A stretch of 63,949 nucleotides of DNA, filler included, from Stramenopiles sp. TOSAG23-3 (taxonomy: Eukaryota): the NCBI GenBank assembly GCA_900128585.1. It is 12 parts of 12 records of this genome, joined end to end, with 100 filler letters (N's around TTAATTAATTAA, not from the genome) between each part and the next. Parts side by side here need not be neighbours in the genome. Positions count along the whole stretch, not along the records: positions 6,754 to 13,403 come from LT643278.1; positions 13,504 to 20,132 come from LT643280.1; positions 20,233 to 26,858 come from LT643281.1; 9 more parts are not named here. One strand, 5' to 3'. Position 1 is the stretch's first letter, and the number at the start of each line of letters is the position of its first letter. Shown piece by piece: positions 10,388-20,848 of the stretch. The position numbers were made by a program, and so were the translations under genes. Under the pieces are notes generated by a model that worked only from the letters and a program-made list of their open reading frames with translations, ran no database searches and was not told where the DNA came from.

Positions 10388-10536
10388 CAAAAAAAGTTCT
10401 CTTTTATTTTCACTCTACGCATTTATATAGAACATTGTTACAAGTACAAAAAATCATTGAATTTTATCGCGAAAACTTAAAATATTGTACTTCCTATATA
10501 AATTGGTATAGTGAAAATAAAAGAGAACTTTTTTTG
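10388..10536. mobile_element. MITE-like element with perfect 27-bp terminal inverted repeats
   Basis: CAAAAAAAGTTCTCTTTTATTTTCACT (10388-10414) and its reverse complement at 10510-10536; imperfect pairing extends ~20 bp inward; no clear target-site duplication (TSD). Confidence 0.55.
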
Positions 10537-10982
10537 TGAAGTTTGTGTTGTCCGAATAGAATATATTTTCCTATCTAATATATGCTTATTTACATACTTG
10601 TAAAATACTCTACACTACAATTGTAAGAAGAAAAACAAGATTTCGAGGTTGCTTTATTTATCCCTAAGAGATGATACAAGTACTTATTGCCTATGTAATT
10701 ATTTTATCATAATTAATTCAATAGAAAGTGGGTTTTGTTTTTTTAGTAGAGTTGATTAAGTAATAGATTATTACTTGGTAGGGTAGGTTCAAAGAACGTT
10801 TATAATTTTGAATTAAGTGTGCTATGAATATCTTCTTTTTTACATACAAATTATACAAAAACTTGGACCCACGTGAAAGGCTCGAATTGCCCCTGGGGAA
10901 GTTGTTGGATTTTCAAGGTTTTGCTTGGTGGTGTTTGGTCTTTTTGTTGGTTCGTGTATATATATTTTCTTTTTAGCCGACG

Positions 10983-11819
10983 ATGGCAACGCTACCTGTA
11001 ACTCTGGAGAAAGTTGGGCGTGTAGCACTGATAACATTGAACCAACCGGGGAAAATGAACGCGATGAGTTTGCCGATAGCGGATGAGTTTGTTCGTATCG
11101 TCGAAAGGCTATCAGAGGACCCATCCGAGTACGGTTGCGTTGTGATAACGGGGGCAGGGTCGGCGTTTTCGGCTGGCGGGGACTTGAACTGGTTACGGCT
11201 GCGGACGAGGGATACGCCCTCCCGGAATTCAATAATTATGCACCAGTTTTACAAGAAGTTTTTGTGTGTGCGCAAGATTCCTCTTCCTGTTATAGCTGCG
11301 ATTAATGGGGCCGCTATTGGTGCTGGGCTCTGCTTTGCTATGGCGTGCGACATTCGAATTTGCGCCGAAAAAGCGAAACTAGGCTTTACGTTTGTAGGAT
11401 TAGGACTGCACCCTGGGATGGGAGCGACGCACTTCATTGCGACTGTGGCGGGGTACGAGGTGGCGCACCGGATGCTGCTGACGGGAGAAATCATCTCTGG
11501 ACAACGCGCCAAAGAGTTGCGACTTGTCACGGAGACTGCGGTGGATGGCCCTTCTACGCTAGAGGCCGCCCTTCAGCTGGCGCGAAGAATTGCATTCCAA
11601 GCACCCATGGCAGTCCGTTCCACTGTACGCTCCCTTCGAGAAAAGCAAGACCAAGGATTGGAAGCCGCCCTATGGCGAGAGGCGGATGCCCAAGCCCATG
11701 GTTACGGCACGGCAGACGTCGCGGAAGGCATAGAGGCTGTTGCAAACAAACGAAAGCCGAAGTTTAGACTGTACGAGAGTTACGCAGACAACGCTCAACT
11801 GCCCAACGGAAAACTGTGA
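10983..11819 (+). CDS. Enoyl-CoA hydratase/isomerase family protein, paralogue of 6833-7687
   Basis: AFSAGGDL, PVIAAINGAAIGAG, TFVGLGLHPGM, LWREADAQA; no N-terminal extension; ends -GKL. Confidence 0.9.
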   Translation: MATLPVTLEKVGRVALITLNQPGKMNAMSLPIADEFVRIVERLSEDPSEYGCVVITGAGSAFSAGGDLNWLRLRTRDTPSRNSIIMHQFYKKFLCVRKIPLPVIAAINGAAIGAGLCFAMACDIRICAEKAKLGFTFVGLGLHPGMGATHFIATVAGYEVAHRMLLTGEIISGQRAKELRLVTETAVDGPSTLEAALQLARRIAFQAPMAVRSTVRSLREKQDQGLEAALWREADAQAHGYGTADVAEGIEAVANKRKPKFRLYESYADNAQLPNGKL

Positions 11820-11842
11820 GAAATCGATTTAAAATTTACCCA

Positions 11843-12241
11843 ACGATAAATTTGAAGTAATTTCTTACTCTTAAATAACAGCCATTATTTTGTTTTTTTA
11901 ATTTTACCCATCAACTATTAAATAAAATCACAAGTATCGAATCATATCTTTGAAAAACAAGAAAATTGGCTGTTGTTGTTAATTTAAGTAATTAAAATTA
12001 ATGTACTGCGAACTGTACTCTAAATTTAGACATTCCCAAGGTTTACCATTCCTTCATATGCTGCGTATCTTTAAAAACAAAAAAATTGGCCCTCTGTTAT
12101 TTAACTTTGGAAGTATCATATCATACTTCGCCATTAAAATAAAAAACTTTTAATTTAAAGTGCGCCAATTAAAATGTATCTTCTTCATTATATTCTGCGA
12201 AAGTGAATCTCTGCTCCTTTTGTCCATCTCTGCTCCTGAGA
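11843..12241. repeat. Cluster of four partial copies of the dispersed 3'-end repeat family, in both orientations
   Basis: TTAAATAACAGCCATTATTTTGTTTTT (11871), AAAAACAAGAAAATTGGCTGTT (11953), AAAAACAAAAAAATTGGC (12073), CTGCGAAAGTGAATCTCTGCTCCTTTTGTCC (12195). Confidence 0.85.
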
Positions 12242-12376
12242 TTTTCCTCTCGTACGTTTATCTTTTATCTTGCTAAAGAATTAATCTGATAATATATATT
12301 GAACATATAAAGGATACTACAACCTGATGGACGTTGCATTACAAAAACACACTCGTACGCGGCGAAGCGCGATAGA

Positions 12377-13111
12377 TCATCCACCCTTGGACGGTAGTGG
12401 GGCTGTTTGGTTTGCATCGTGCAACAACTCAGGCACGACTTCTCCATCGCCGCCACCAATGCCTGCCCCTCTCAAAAATTTATTAATAGTCGGATGGTCC
12501 GGTAGGCTCGATAACCCATCCATGAACGATTTCGTACTATTTTGTATTCTCGAAAACGTTTCTGAATTCTTGATGTTTTGAACAGCAGGGTGGCTAGCAA
12601 GCTTACCCAACCCTTCCACAGTATGGTTTAGCACTATGTCCACCCCAGCAACATATTGTTTCGCCAGCTCGTGCGTCGTATTGGACAGCCTGGAAGAATA
12701 CTCATTGATTACTGGGGAGTACTGGTTTAGGTACTCTTTTGTTCTGTTCGCAGCCGCAGAATTGGCAATTTGGTTTACCAAAGGGTGGTTTGCAGTGTAC
12801 ACAACAGCGGGCTTTACGAATTCAAGCGCGTGATGACGTAGTTTGTGAAACTGCTCGTACGATCGCGATGATTTTCCGTGGGTCTCTAGATCTGCGATAC
12901 CAAAGAATAAAATACACACACAAATGAAAAGCAAAACCTTCTCCTGGAAGCTGTATTCCTCGGACTCTGTATTTTCCTCCGTTGGCACCATCCTTCGAGG
13001 AGTCGGAGGAGAATTCGACTCCGCGATAGGACTAGGAGCCTCTTCTATACTGGACGTGGCGTTGTGCCGGCGCACCGCACCGCCCCCCCCCGTTGCATTC
13101 TCCCCAGGCAT
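12377..13111 (-). CDS. Hypothetical single-pass membrane protein
   Basis: 244-aa ATG ORF in a GC-richer block; one hydrophobic segment VLLFICVCILFFGI; helical C-terminal part. Confidence 0.65.
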   Translation of the reverse strand: MPGENATGGGGAVRRHNATSSIEEAPSPIAESNSPPTPRRMVPTEENTESEEYSFQEKVLLFICVCILFFGIADLETHGKSSRSYEQFHKLRHHALEFVKPAVVYTANHPLVNQIANSAAANRTKEYLNQYSPVINEYSSRLSNTTHELAKQYVAGVDIVLNHTVEGLGKLASHPAVQNIKNSETFSRIQNSTKSFMDGLSSLPDHPTINKFLRGAGIGGGDGEVVPELLHDANQTAPLPSKGG

Positions 13112-13503
13112 AAAAACTAAGAAAGCAACGGTTCACTTCGTAAAGTAACAATCCTTGTCGTCAACGTATTACCCCAGACTGTAAATCTAACTCAACGCGC
13201 AACCAATGGAAAAAGATATGTAAATAGAATGTTCCCAACTAATTTGAGTTTGGAATTATTTCTTTCCAGTCATTCATTTTTTCTATAATCGTATTGATAT
13301 ATCCTTAACACTAATTTAATATAATATTAAATATTTGAGATGATTGATGAAAAAAATGTGATGATGGACGGACTCAAAAAAGTGGAAGGAGGAAGAAGGA
13401 AGANNNNNNNNNNNNNNNNNNNNNNNNNNNNNNNNNNNNNNNNNNNNTTAATTAATTAANNNNNNNNNNNNNNNNNNNNNNNNNNNNNNNNNNNNNNNNN
13501 NNN

Positions 13504-14168
13504 TTCTTCTTCTTCTTCTTTCTTCTTCTTCTTCTTCTTCTTCTTCTTCTTCTTTCTTCTTCTTCTTCTTCCTTCTTCTTCTTCTTTCTTCTTCTTCTTT
13601 CTCTTTTGTTTCTATTATAAATATAATTAAATTGTTTTTATTTAATCGTACTCGTATTGTACGTATATAAATTAGAGCTGAAATTTGGAATGATTAATTA
13701 AAAGGGTGTGTTACGTACGACATCGTCTCGTGCCTTGGTAGTTCTAGTCCACATTACAGTTTTGTCGAAGTGGTAATTGAACTTCTTTTTGTACTACGAA
13801 CTACGAGGAATAAATGAAAGAATTAGGGTTAGACCCCTGCCTGATGCCTGATCCTCGGAGATGACAACATTTTCATCATGTGCCTTTTTTTTTGGTGTGT
13901 GACAGAAGAAGAAGAGGAGCGAAGAGAGCGAGAAGAAGAAGAAGAAGAAGAAGAAAGAAGAAGAAGAAGGAAGAAGAAGAAGAAGAGGAGCGAAGAGAGC
14001 GAGAAGAAGAAGAAGAAGAAGAAGAAGAAGAAGAAGAAGAAGAAAGAAAAGAAGAAGAAGAACGAACGACGAAGAAAAGAAGAAGAAGAAGAAGAACGAC
14101 GAAGAACGAAAAACAACAACGACGAAGAACGAAAAACAACAACGACGAAGAAGAAGAAGAAGAAGAAA
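13504..14168. repeat. (CTT)n tract at 13504-13600 and (GAA)n tract at 13903-14168
   Basis: Visible trinucleotide runs; a GAAGAGGAGCGAAGAGAGCGAGAAGAA unit is duplicated within the second tract. Confidence 0.95.
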
Positions 14169-14350
14169 AGCTGCGCGATTTGCAATTTGTATTTTTAAAA
14201 GTTGTGGTTCTATTCCGTAGCATCCATACAGCACGAAATGTGCCACTGAAAAAACGAAGGGTGTAGCACGAAAAATGTAATGTTTGTAACCAGTGTTCTT
14301 GTTTCTGTATTTTCTTTCCGGTCCATTGTTTATTTAATTACTCGGCGAGA

Positions 14351-15628
14351 ATGACGTCCATGGCGGTCTCTCAGAAACTGAACGTCCTGATGATCGGGAC
14401 GGGGGAGTACACTACGGGGTACGTGGGTGGCCTGGGCAAAGCGGACTCGGACAAGGGGGCCGGAGTGGTTGGGGTGGTGATGTTTGACCTTAGGCGCCGG
14501 GGCAAGGTGGGGAAGCTTGGCCTGGTGGGCACGAACGGGAAGAAGATGCCCCAGATTCGGGCGCACATGGGGCGGGCGATCGGGGAAGTGTACGAGGACA
14601 TGGATCTGTCCTGCAGCACGTTCCCGGCGGACGGGACGGTGGACCGGCAGGCGTACCTGGCCGCCCTGGACACGTTCCAGCCCGGGGACGCCGTCACCAT
14701 ATTCACACCAGACGACACGCACTGCAAGATTGCCCTCGCCGCGATCGAGCGTGGCCTTCACGTCATGGTCACCAAGCCGCCCGTGAAGGAGCTGCAGGAG
14801 CACCAGGCGTTGGCCGAGGCGGCGAAGCGAAAGAACGTCCTCGTCGTCGTCGAGGTGCACAAGCGGTACGACCCCATGTACGTGGACGCCCGGGATCGGA
14901 TCGGGAACCTCGGGGACTTCTCGTACATGAACGCTTACATGAGCCAGCCAAAGCACCAGCTGGAGACCTTCCGCGCTTGGGCGGGCAAGTCCAGCGACAT
15001 ATCGTACTACTTGAATAGCCACCACGTTGACTTTTTGGAGTGGTGCGTCGCCGACCGGGCCCGGCCCGTCCGCGTCGCTGCCCTCGCTGCGGACGGGGTG
15101 GCCAAGGGCAAAGGCATCGACACGGAGGACACCATCACCCTTACCGTCACGTGGAAGAACGTGAAAACCGGAAACACTGGGGTGTCGGTCTTCACCTCGT
15201 CTTGGATTGCCCCGAAGAGCGACGTTCACTCCCAGCAGCGATTCTTCTACATGGGGCAGAAAGGCGAGGTTCGCGTCGACCAGGCCCACCGCGGCTTCAG
15301 CACGGCCACGGACGAGTCTGGGTACGCGTCCTGCAACCCCCTGTTTATGAAGTACACCCCGACGGACGGAAAGTTCAGTGGGCAGAACGGGTACGGTTAC
15401 AAGAGTTTTGAGGCATTTGTCGATGCCGCGAGAGAGATCAATGCAGGGGGAAAGGCCCCGAGCGATTTCGACCATTCCCTGCCCACCATCCACTCCACGA
15501 TATGCTCAACCGCCATCCTTGAGGCCGGGAGGAGAAGCCTGGACAACAATGGCCAGCCGTTCGAGATCGTTTACAAGAGCGACGAGTTGGGGGCCGAGCC
15601 CCTGGAGCTGAAGCCAGTGACCTTTTGA
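14351..15628 (+). CDS. gaaA: Gfo/Idh/MocA oxidoreductase resembling fungal D-galacturonate reductase GaaA
   Basis: [68 protein letters not shown]. Confidence 0.8.
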   Translation: MTSMAVSQKLNVLMIGTGEYTTGYVGGLGKADSDKGAGVVGVVMFDLRRRGKVGKLGLVGTNGKKMPQIRAHMGRAIGEVYEDMDLSCSTFPADGTVDRQAYLAALDTFQPGDAVTIFTPDDTHCKIALAAIERGLHVMVTKPPVKELQEHQALAEAAKRKNVLVVVEVHKRYDPMYVDARDRIGNLGDFSYMNAYMSQPKHQLETFRAWAGKSSDISYYLNSHHVDFLEWCVADRARPVRVAALAADGVAKGKGIDTEDTITLTVTWKNVKTGNTGVSVFTSSWIAPKSDVHSQQRFFYMGQKGEVRVDQAHRGFSTATDESGYASCNPLFMKYTPTDGKFSGQNGYGYKSFEAFVDAAREINAGGKAPSDFDHSLPTIHSTICSTAILEAGRRSLDNNGQPFEIVYKSDELGAEPLELKPVTF

Positions 15629-15994
15629 GAGATTTAGAGCTGGGGAGGGATGAAACAGCAGCACCACGTCGCACGCTCTTAATTTTCGAAGTACAGAATT
15701 GTTTAAAGCCCTCCCCGCTCTTTTTACGTAAGGTTACACGAGTATTTCGTAATCGTCCAGTAACATACGAGTTACATTTTTAAAGGTAAAAATCCCCCTC
15801 CTCAATACTACGGTGGTTTAGTTTCCTCTATTTTAGGAAAAAGTTTAAACCACCGTTCTCATTTTTACGTACGTTTTATAAAATTAAAACGCATACTCTG
15901 TGCGTTATATGCATTTATGACTTTTTTTTTGAAACCGTTTAATCAATAAAAATAATATTTTTACAGCAGGAATAAAGGTAATAAATAAACGGGG

Positions 15995-16465
15995 TCAGCG
16001 AAAGAGTTCGTCGTCGTCGCCGTCGCCGTTCCCAGGGCCGTCGTCGCGCTTCCGCTTTGCGGCCGCAACGGCAAGTTTGCGTTTCTTTGAATTTGAATTC
16101 CTCTGCTTCAAACCCTCTTCAAAATTTTGCAGCTTCTTTAAAATTTCTGTGTGTCGGCGGAAGCAGAGTTTCACGTCGTCCGGGTTAATCCCTGAACGCT
16201 TTGCGTGTTTCGCAAAGTACTGCATATCTTTAAACAAAATGGCCGACTTCTGCAACAGCAGTTCGGTAAGCATATGTACAACTTGGCGCTCGACTTCAAG
16301 CTTGCCATCATCCAACTGCTCGAACGCACCATTCCCAGACACCATTTCGTGCTCAACTACACGACTCACCGCGACCAGGAGCGATTCACGCAACTCATTC
16401 CGCGCTTCCTCCCGCTCCAAGCTAGCAGAGGCGGTGGCCGCAGCGCTTGAGCTGGACGCAGCCAT
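15995..16465 (-). CDS. CENPS: Centromere protein S / MHF1 histone-fold protein
   Basis: KDMQYFAKHAKRSGINPDDVKLCFRR is the CENP-S signature; first ATG at 16465. Confidence 0.85.
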   Translation of the reverse strand: MAASSSSAAATASASLEREEARNELRESLLVAVSRVVEHEMVSGNGAFEQLDDGKLEVERQVVHMLTELLLQKSAILFKDMQYFAKHAKRSGINPDDVKLCFRRHTEILKKLQNFEEGLKQRNSNSKKRKLAVAAAKRKRDDGPGNGDGDDDELFR

Positions 16466-16954
16466 GTCCTTGTTGATACAAGCCCGACGCACCGATAAAG
16501 TCTATAATGCACGTCGTATTTTGCCTTCTTCTGTGCAAACTATAATATCTTCTTTAATAATTTTCAAAGTGAACATATCTTTGCTCAACAAACAATAAAA
16601 AAAAATTGCGCAGCATCATTCTTTTGATTTCATACTAAGAAATTCTTTCTATTCGAACGAATAGTAAAAAATAACAACAAAAAAATGAAGAAAAAAATCC
16701 ACAGTTGTTGTTGTTGCTAGGAGACTTCGTATTATTAATACGTAGCTCTTCTTCTTCTCTTCTTCTTCGTTCTTTATTATTTATTATTTCTTTTTTTTTT
16801 TATAAAAAATAATGAAAATTAAATCAACATCACCACAGCATCAGTTCTTCAATTATAATTCATCGGATCTAAAATAAAGTATTATTCTCTTCTTCTTCTT
16901 TCTCCTCCTCCTCCTCCTTGTCATTTCGCGGCAAACTGAAGAACGTTTATTATT

Positions 16955-16986
<32 letters not shown>

Positions 16987-17192
16987 ATATTATAATAATT
17001 TCTTCTTCTTCCCTTTCCTTCTTTTGTTTTAATGAGAAAATTATTAGGTATTTAAAATTCTTTGAATGAATGTTTATCTTTTTTTTTTTATGTGTATTGG
17101 TTTGTTGCAAAAGTGTAGTCTTTTTACAAAATTGTTTGGTTTTTTGTGGGTGGGGGTTTGGTTGGAAAGGAGTGAAGTTTTTGTTTTTAACC

Positions 17193-18018
17193 ATGGACTC
17201 TGTTGTCCCGGGGAAAATGTCGGAAGTTTTGAGCGGTGAAACGATTTTGGACCATTTAGTTTATTCTCCTAATTGTTACGATCCAGCCGACAGCAAGACG
17301 AGGCATCCAGCGTAAGTTCATCGCCTATCCACGTATATCTATATCAGCCAACTAACGGGGTGCCATGCAAAGAATCTTGTTCCTTCATGGAACCGGCGGA
17401 GTAAAGAAAGGGTTTGAAAACATCTGTTCGCAGTCGCTGGCTCGTATGATTCTGGAAAAATCTGGCCCGGTCGGAAAGGAAGGGTTTCCCTTTTTTGTAA
17501 TCACCCCTCGCGCCCCCGTCAGGGTCTGGTCGAAAAGTTTTGACCGGCTCGAACGATTGATGGAGTCTTTGTCGTCGAAGTTTCCGATTGATTCCCAGAG
17601 GTTGTACTTGGCCGGACAATCGATGGGAGCAAATGGGGTTTGGGAGTTCGCCGCTGCAAACCCTAAAAGGTTTGCTGCCATTGCCCCTGTGTGCGGTTAC
17701 ATTGATAAAAAGCCGCGCAGAGAGAGCCCACGCGTGGAAGAAATTACCTCGATCTTGAGGAACCAGCCGACGTGGGTTTTCCATGCAGCCAACGACGCCC
17801 TTGTTGATTGCCAACATAGCGACATTATTGTCGAGCAGCTGAGGGCGCACGGAAACAGTCGGGTAAAGTACACCAAGTACGAGGACGCCCCGGGGCTCCC
17901 TGGATTTGGAGACCGTGGTGCTGGTCACGCAAGTTACGAACTGGCATTTAAGGACCCAGAATTATACAAATGGCTCTTGGGGTATTCCTTGTCAAATAAA
18001 GTTGGACAAGACGATTGA
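17193..18018 (+). CDS. Alpha/beta hydrolase (phospholipase/carboxylesterase or predicted peptidase type), two exons: 17193-17311 and 17373-18018
   Basis: Splicing yields HPAILFLHGTG; nucleophile GQSMG; WVFHAANDALV; GHASY. Confidence 0.85.
17312..17372 (+). other. 61-nt spliceosomal intron
   Basis: GTAAGT donor, ACTAAC branch point at 17351, AAG acceptor; removing it deletes an in-frame stop and restores the conserved motif. Confidence 0.85.
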
Positions 18019-18653
18019 TTAAATGTTGAAGTGGGATAGAACGGGGAAGGAAGGTTTCCATTCTGATTCATTCATGATGGATGAACGTTTTCGAAGAGAG
18101 AAGAAGAAGAATTGATTCTATATAACAGTCTCACTTATCCTATTTACCTGTTATTATTATAATTATTTGTGACACCAAGAGAAGAAGAATTATTTAATAA
18201 TTATTATGTCATATTTTTTTTCATTATTAATATAATGCTATTCCTATATAATAATTAGATAATATTATTTATTTATATTGAATAATTACAAATATGAATT
18301 CAAAGGAAAAAAACGGTGGCGGCGTTGTTAGAATACATTAACAGTAACATAGCATACACGATTTTCTTCAGTTGGAAGAAAGAGAAATGCATTCAAACAT
18401 AGTAGTAGTAGTAGAACAAAACAAAAAAACAATAATAATAATAATTTAAAATAATAAAACAAGAAATTCTCTCCTCGACTCTGACCGTTTCTTGCCCGTT
18501 TTGTCTCTCCGGGCTGTCATAAGTTTTTCTCTGGATAGTAAATTTTTGGGTAATTGGAAATTAATAAATCTTTGAAACAGTTGGTTTTCTTTATTTTTTT
18601 TTATTGGTTTAGTTTTGGTGGGACTATATCCTTTGTACAAAAGTCACCTCCTC

Positions 18654-19799
18654 ATGGGGCTCTGTGTCGGGAAAGCGGGCAACGCGGGAGTGTTGGGGCC
18701 CGTGCCGGAAGGGAAGGAATCGGTGAAGGCACTGGTTCGCTATAAGGCGGGCCAAGTTGGGCTTCAAAACTTGGGAAACACATGCTTTTTGAACTCGGCC
18801 GTGCAGTGCTTGTCGCACACCCAGCCTTTGACCGAGTACTTTCTAGAAAATGACTGGAAGAGCGAGGTGAACGCTGACAACCCACTGGGGATGGGAGGGC
18901 GAATCGCCGAGGGGTATGGCGCGCTCATCGATCGAATGTGGCGCGGAACGAAAACCACGGTGAACCCGGAAGACTTCAAAGGTGTTGTAGAACAGTGGGC
19001 CCCGCAGTTCCAAGGGTACGAGCAGCACGATTCGAGCGAGCTGCTGACCTTTCTGCTGGACGGCCTGCACGAGGACCTCAATCGAGTGACGGTGAAGAAG
19101 TACGTGCAGGATGCAGAGTGCGACGGACTGCCGGAGGAAGTAGTTGCCGCGCAGAATTGGCGAAACTACCTGATCCGAAACAAGAGCATTGTCGTGGACC
19201 TGTTTCAAGGGCAGCTGCGCTCCTCTTTGACCTGCACGTCCTGCAAGTACAATCGGATCAAGTTTGACCCCTTCATGTACCTCTCCCTTCCAATCCCAAA
19301 AAAAAAGGAGGGGACACCATTGACCCTGGACGATTGCCTGTCCGAGTTTCTGATCGAGGAGGACCTTGTCGAGGACAACAAGTGGTACTGCCCGAAATGC
19401 AGAGCATTCCGGGACGCCAAGAAAAAATTTGACCTGTGGAAAGTTCCCCCAATACTCTTTGTTTCCTTGAAACGCTTCGAGTACAAATCGAACGGGACCC
19501 GGAGGAAGATCGATTGCCAGGTCGACTTTCCGGTTCAGGCCGATTGGAAACTGAAGGGGCGCGTGCTCTCTCCCCAAACGCAAGAGCCGCGGTACGCCCT
19601 CTACGGAGTGTCCAACCACGGCGGGGATTTAGGCCAGGGGCACTACACGGCCTACTGCAAAAATCAGGAGGACCAACAATGGTACCATTATGACGATTCG
19701 CAGTTCGAGCAAGTTCAGAACACAGAGGTGGCGGTAAGGGGGGGGGAAGCGTACGTTCTTATGTTTCAGCAAATTGTCGATGCCAACAAGAGCGTTTAG
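18654..19799 (+). CDS. Ubiquitin-specific protease (peptidase C19, USP4/8/15-like catalytic domain)
   Basis: GLQNLGNTCFLNSAVQCL, QHDSSELL, WYCPKC, NHGG..GHYTAY, WYHYDDS; starts MGLC. Confidence 0.95.
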   Translation: MGLCVGKAGNAGVLGPVPEGKESVKALVRYKAGQVGLQNLGNTCFLNSAVQCLSHTQPLTEYFLENDWKSEVNADNPLGMGGRIAEGYGALIDRMWRGTKTTVNPEDFKGVVEQWAPQFQGYEQHDSSELLTFLLDGLHEDLNRVTVKKYVQDAECDGLPEEVVAAQNWRNYLIRNKSIVVDLFQGQLRSSLTCTSCKYNRIKFDPFMYLSLPIPKKKEGTPLTLDDCLSEFLIEEDLVEDNKWYCPKCRAFRDAKKKFDLWKVPPILFVSLKRFEYKSNGTRRKIDCQVDFPVQADWKLKGRVLSPQTQEPRYALYGVSNHGGDLGQGHYTAYCKNQEDQQWYHYDDSQFEQVQNTEVAVRGGEAYVLMFQQIVDANKSV

Positions 19800-20273
19800 A
19801 AGAAAAACGTTTTCTTTATGCATAAAAACGGTGCGCATTAAGCAATACTGTGTTTGCTACCTTACGCACGAGCAGCTGGTGCGAAAGCTTGCGATCTAGT
19901 TAGAATGCGCGGTGGTAAATTAATTTAAATACTCGATCACGGTTGTACATACACTCGAGATATTTTATTTATTATTCAGAATTAGGCGTTTGCGAGTAAC
20001 GAATTTTTTTAAATTCATCTCTTCGAAGAAAAATTGTCTGGATATAAAAACACATTTATCTCTGAGTGAGATATCGGATGAGGAAGTTGATTACGGTTCA
20101 TCTGCAAGCATTGCCAATTCAGATACCGATCCNNNNNNNNNNNNNNNNNNNNNNNNNNNNNNNNNNNNNNNNNNNNTTAATTAATTAANNNNNNNNNNNN
20201 NNNNNNNNNNNNNNNNNNNNNNNNNNNNNNNNGACAACCAACAATGAAACAAAACTACAGAACCAAGTTAGGA

Positions 20274-20332
20274 TTAGGGTATGAGGACGCTAAATTTAAT
20301 TACTTAAATATCAGCCAATTTTCTTGTTTTTA
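20274..20332 (+). repeat. Copy of the 3'-end repeat family
   Basis: TTAGGGTATGAGGACGCTAAATTTAATTACTTAAATATCAGCCAATTTTCTTGTTTTTA differs from 30080-30138 at only 3 positions. Confidence 0.9.
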
Positions 20333-20362
20333 GTTATTATTACGAAACAAACATGTCTGGCT

Positions 20363-20671
20363 TCAGATCCCCAGGTGGTTGTGGTACTCTTTCAGATCCC
20401 ATATCTGATCAAAAAGGCCAGCTGCTTGTACCAATTGAAGGTCGTATATCATCTTCGTTGTGGTCTTCTTCTTCTTCCTCTTATCCTGTGGTTTCAACCC
20501 ATAGTCGTCAAGCAGCTTCCTCTTCTTCTTCTTTGGAGTTGTGGGGCTGTTATTATTGTTGTTCACTGGTCTGAGCCCGTGCTTGCTCAGATGGTCCTTC
20601 TCGCAGTACAGGCTGCACACACGCGTACCTGGTACGTCGTCCGTCATCATCATCACAAGCACAATAATCAT
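20363..20671 (-). CDS. Possible small basic hypothetical protein
   Basis: GC-richer ORF with a Lys-rich NLS-like stretch; its stop is ~30 bp from a copy of the 3'-end repeat; no family recognised. Confidence 0.3.
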   Translation of the reverse strand: MIIVLVMMMTDDVPGTRVCSLYCEKDHLSKHGLRPVNNNNNSPTTPKKKKRKLLDDYGLKPQDKRKKKKTTTKMIYDLQLVQAAGLFDQIWDLKEYHNHLGI

Positions 20672-20848
20672 TTAAACTGGGTGACTAAAATAATCTTTTA
20701 AAAAACAAAGAAAAGGATTAGAATAAATACGAAGGGATACGAATAGAATAAATGATAAAATCTGATTGTATCTTCAGTCGCTAAAAGAAGATAACATTCG
20801 TTTCGTTGTAAGCAAATTGAAAAAAACTATCATCGTGAAGTGTGTACA

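Noticed and set aside
11843-12241. Clustered repeats as a possible CRISPR array
   Set aside because: Mixed orientations, irregular spacing, degenerate copies and no cas genes
13794-14266. Poly-E/K/R/F/S ORFs on both strands
   Set aside because: Translations of the (GAA)n microsatellite
14330-15493. 387-aa antisense ORF over gaaA
   Set aside because: Shadow ORF caused by high GC3; no recognisable motifs
19990-20132. Coding-like stretch at a contig end
   Set aside because: Too short; strand and frame are ambiguous
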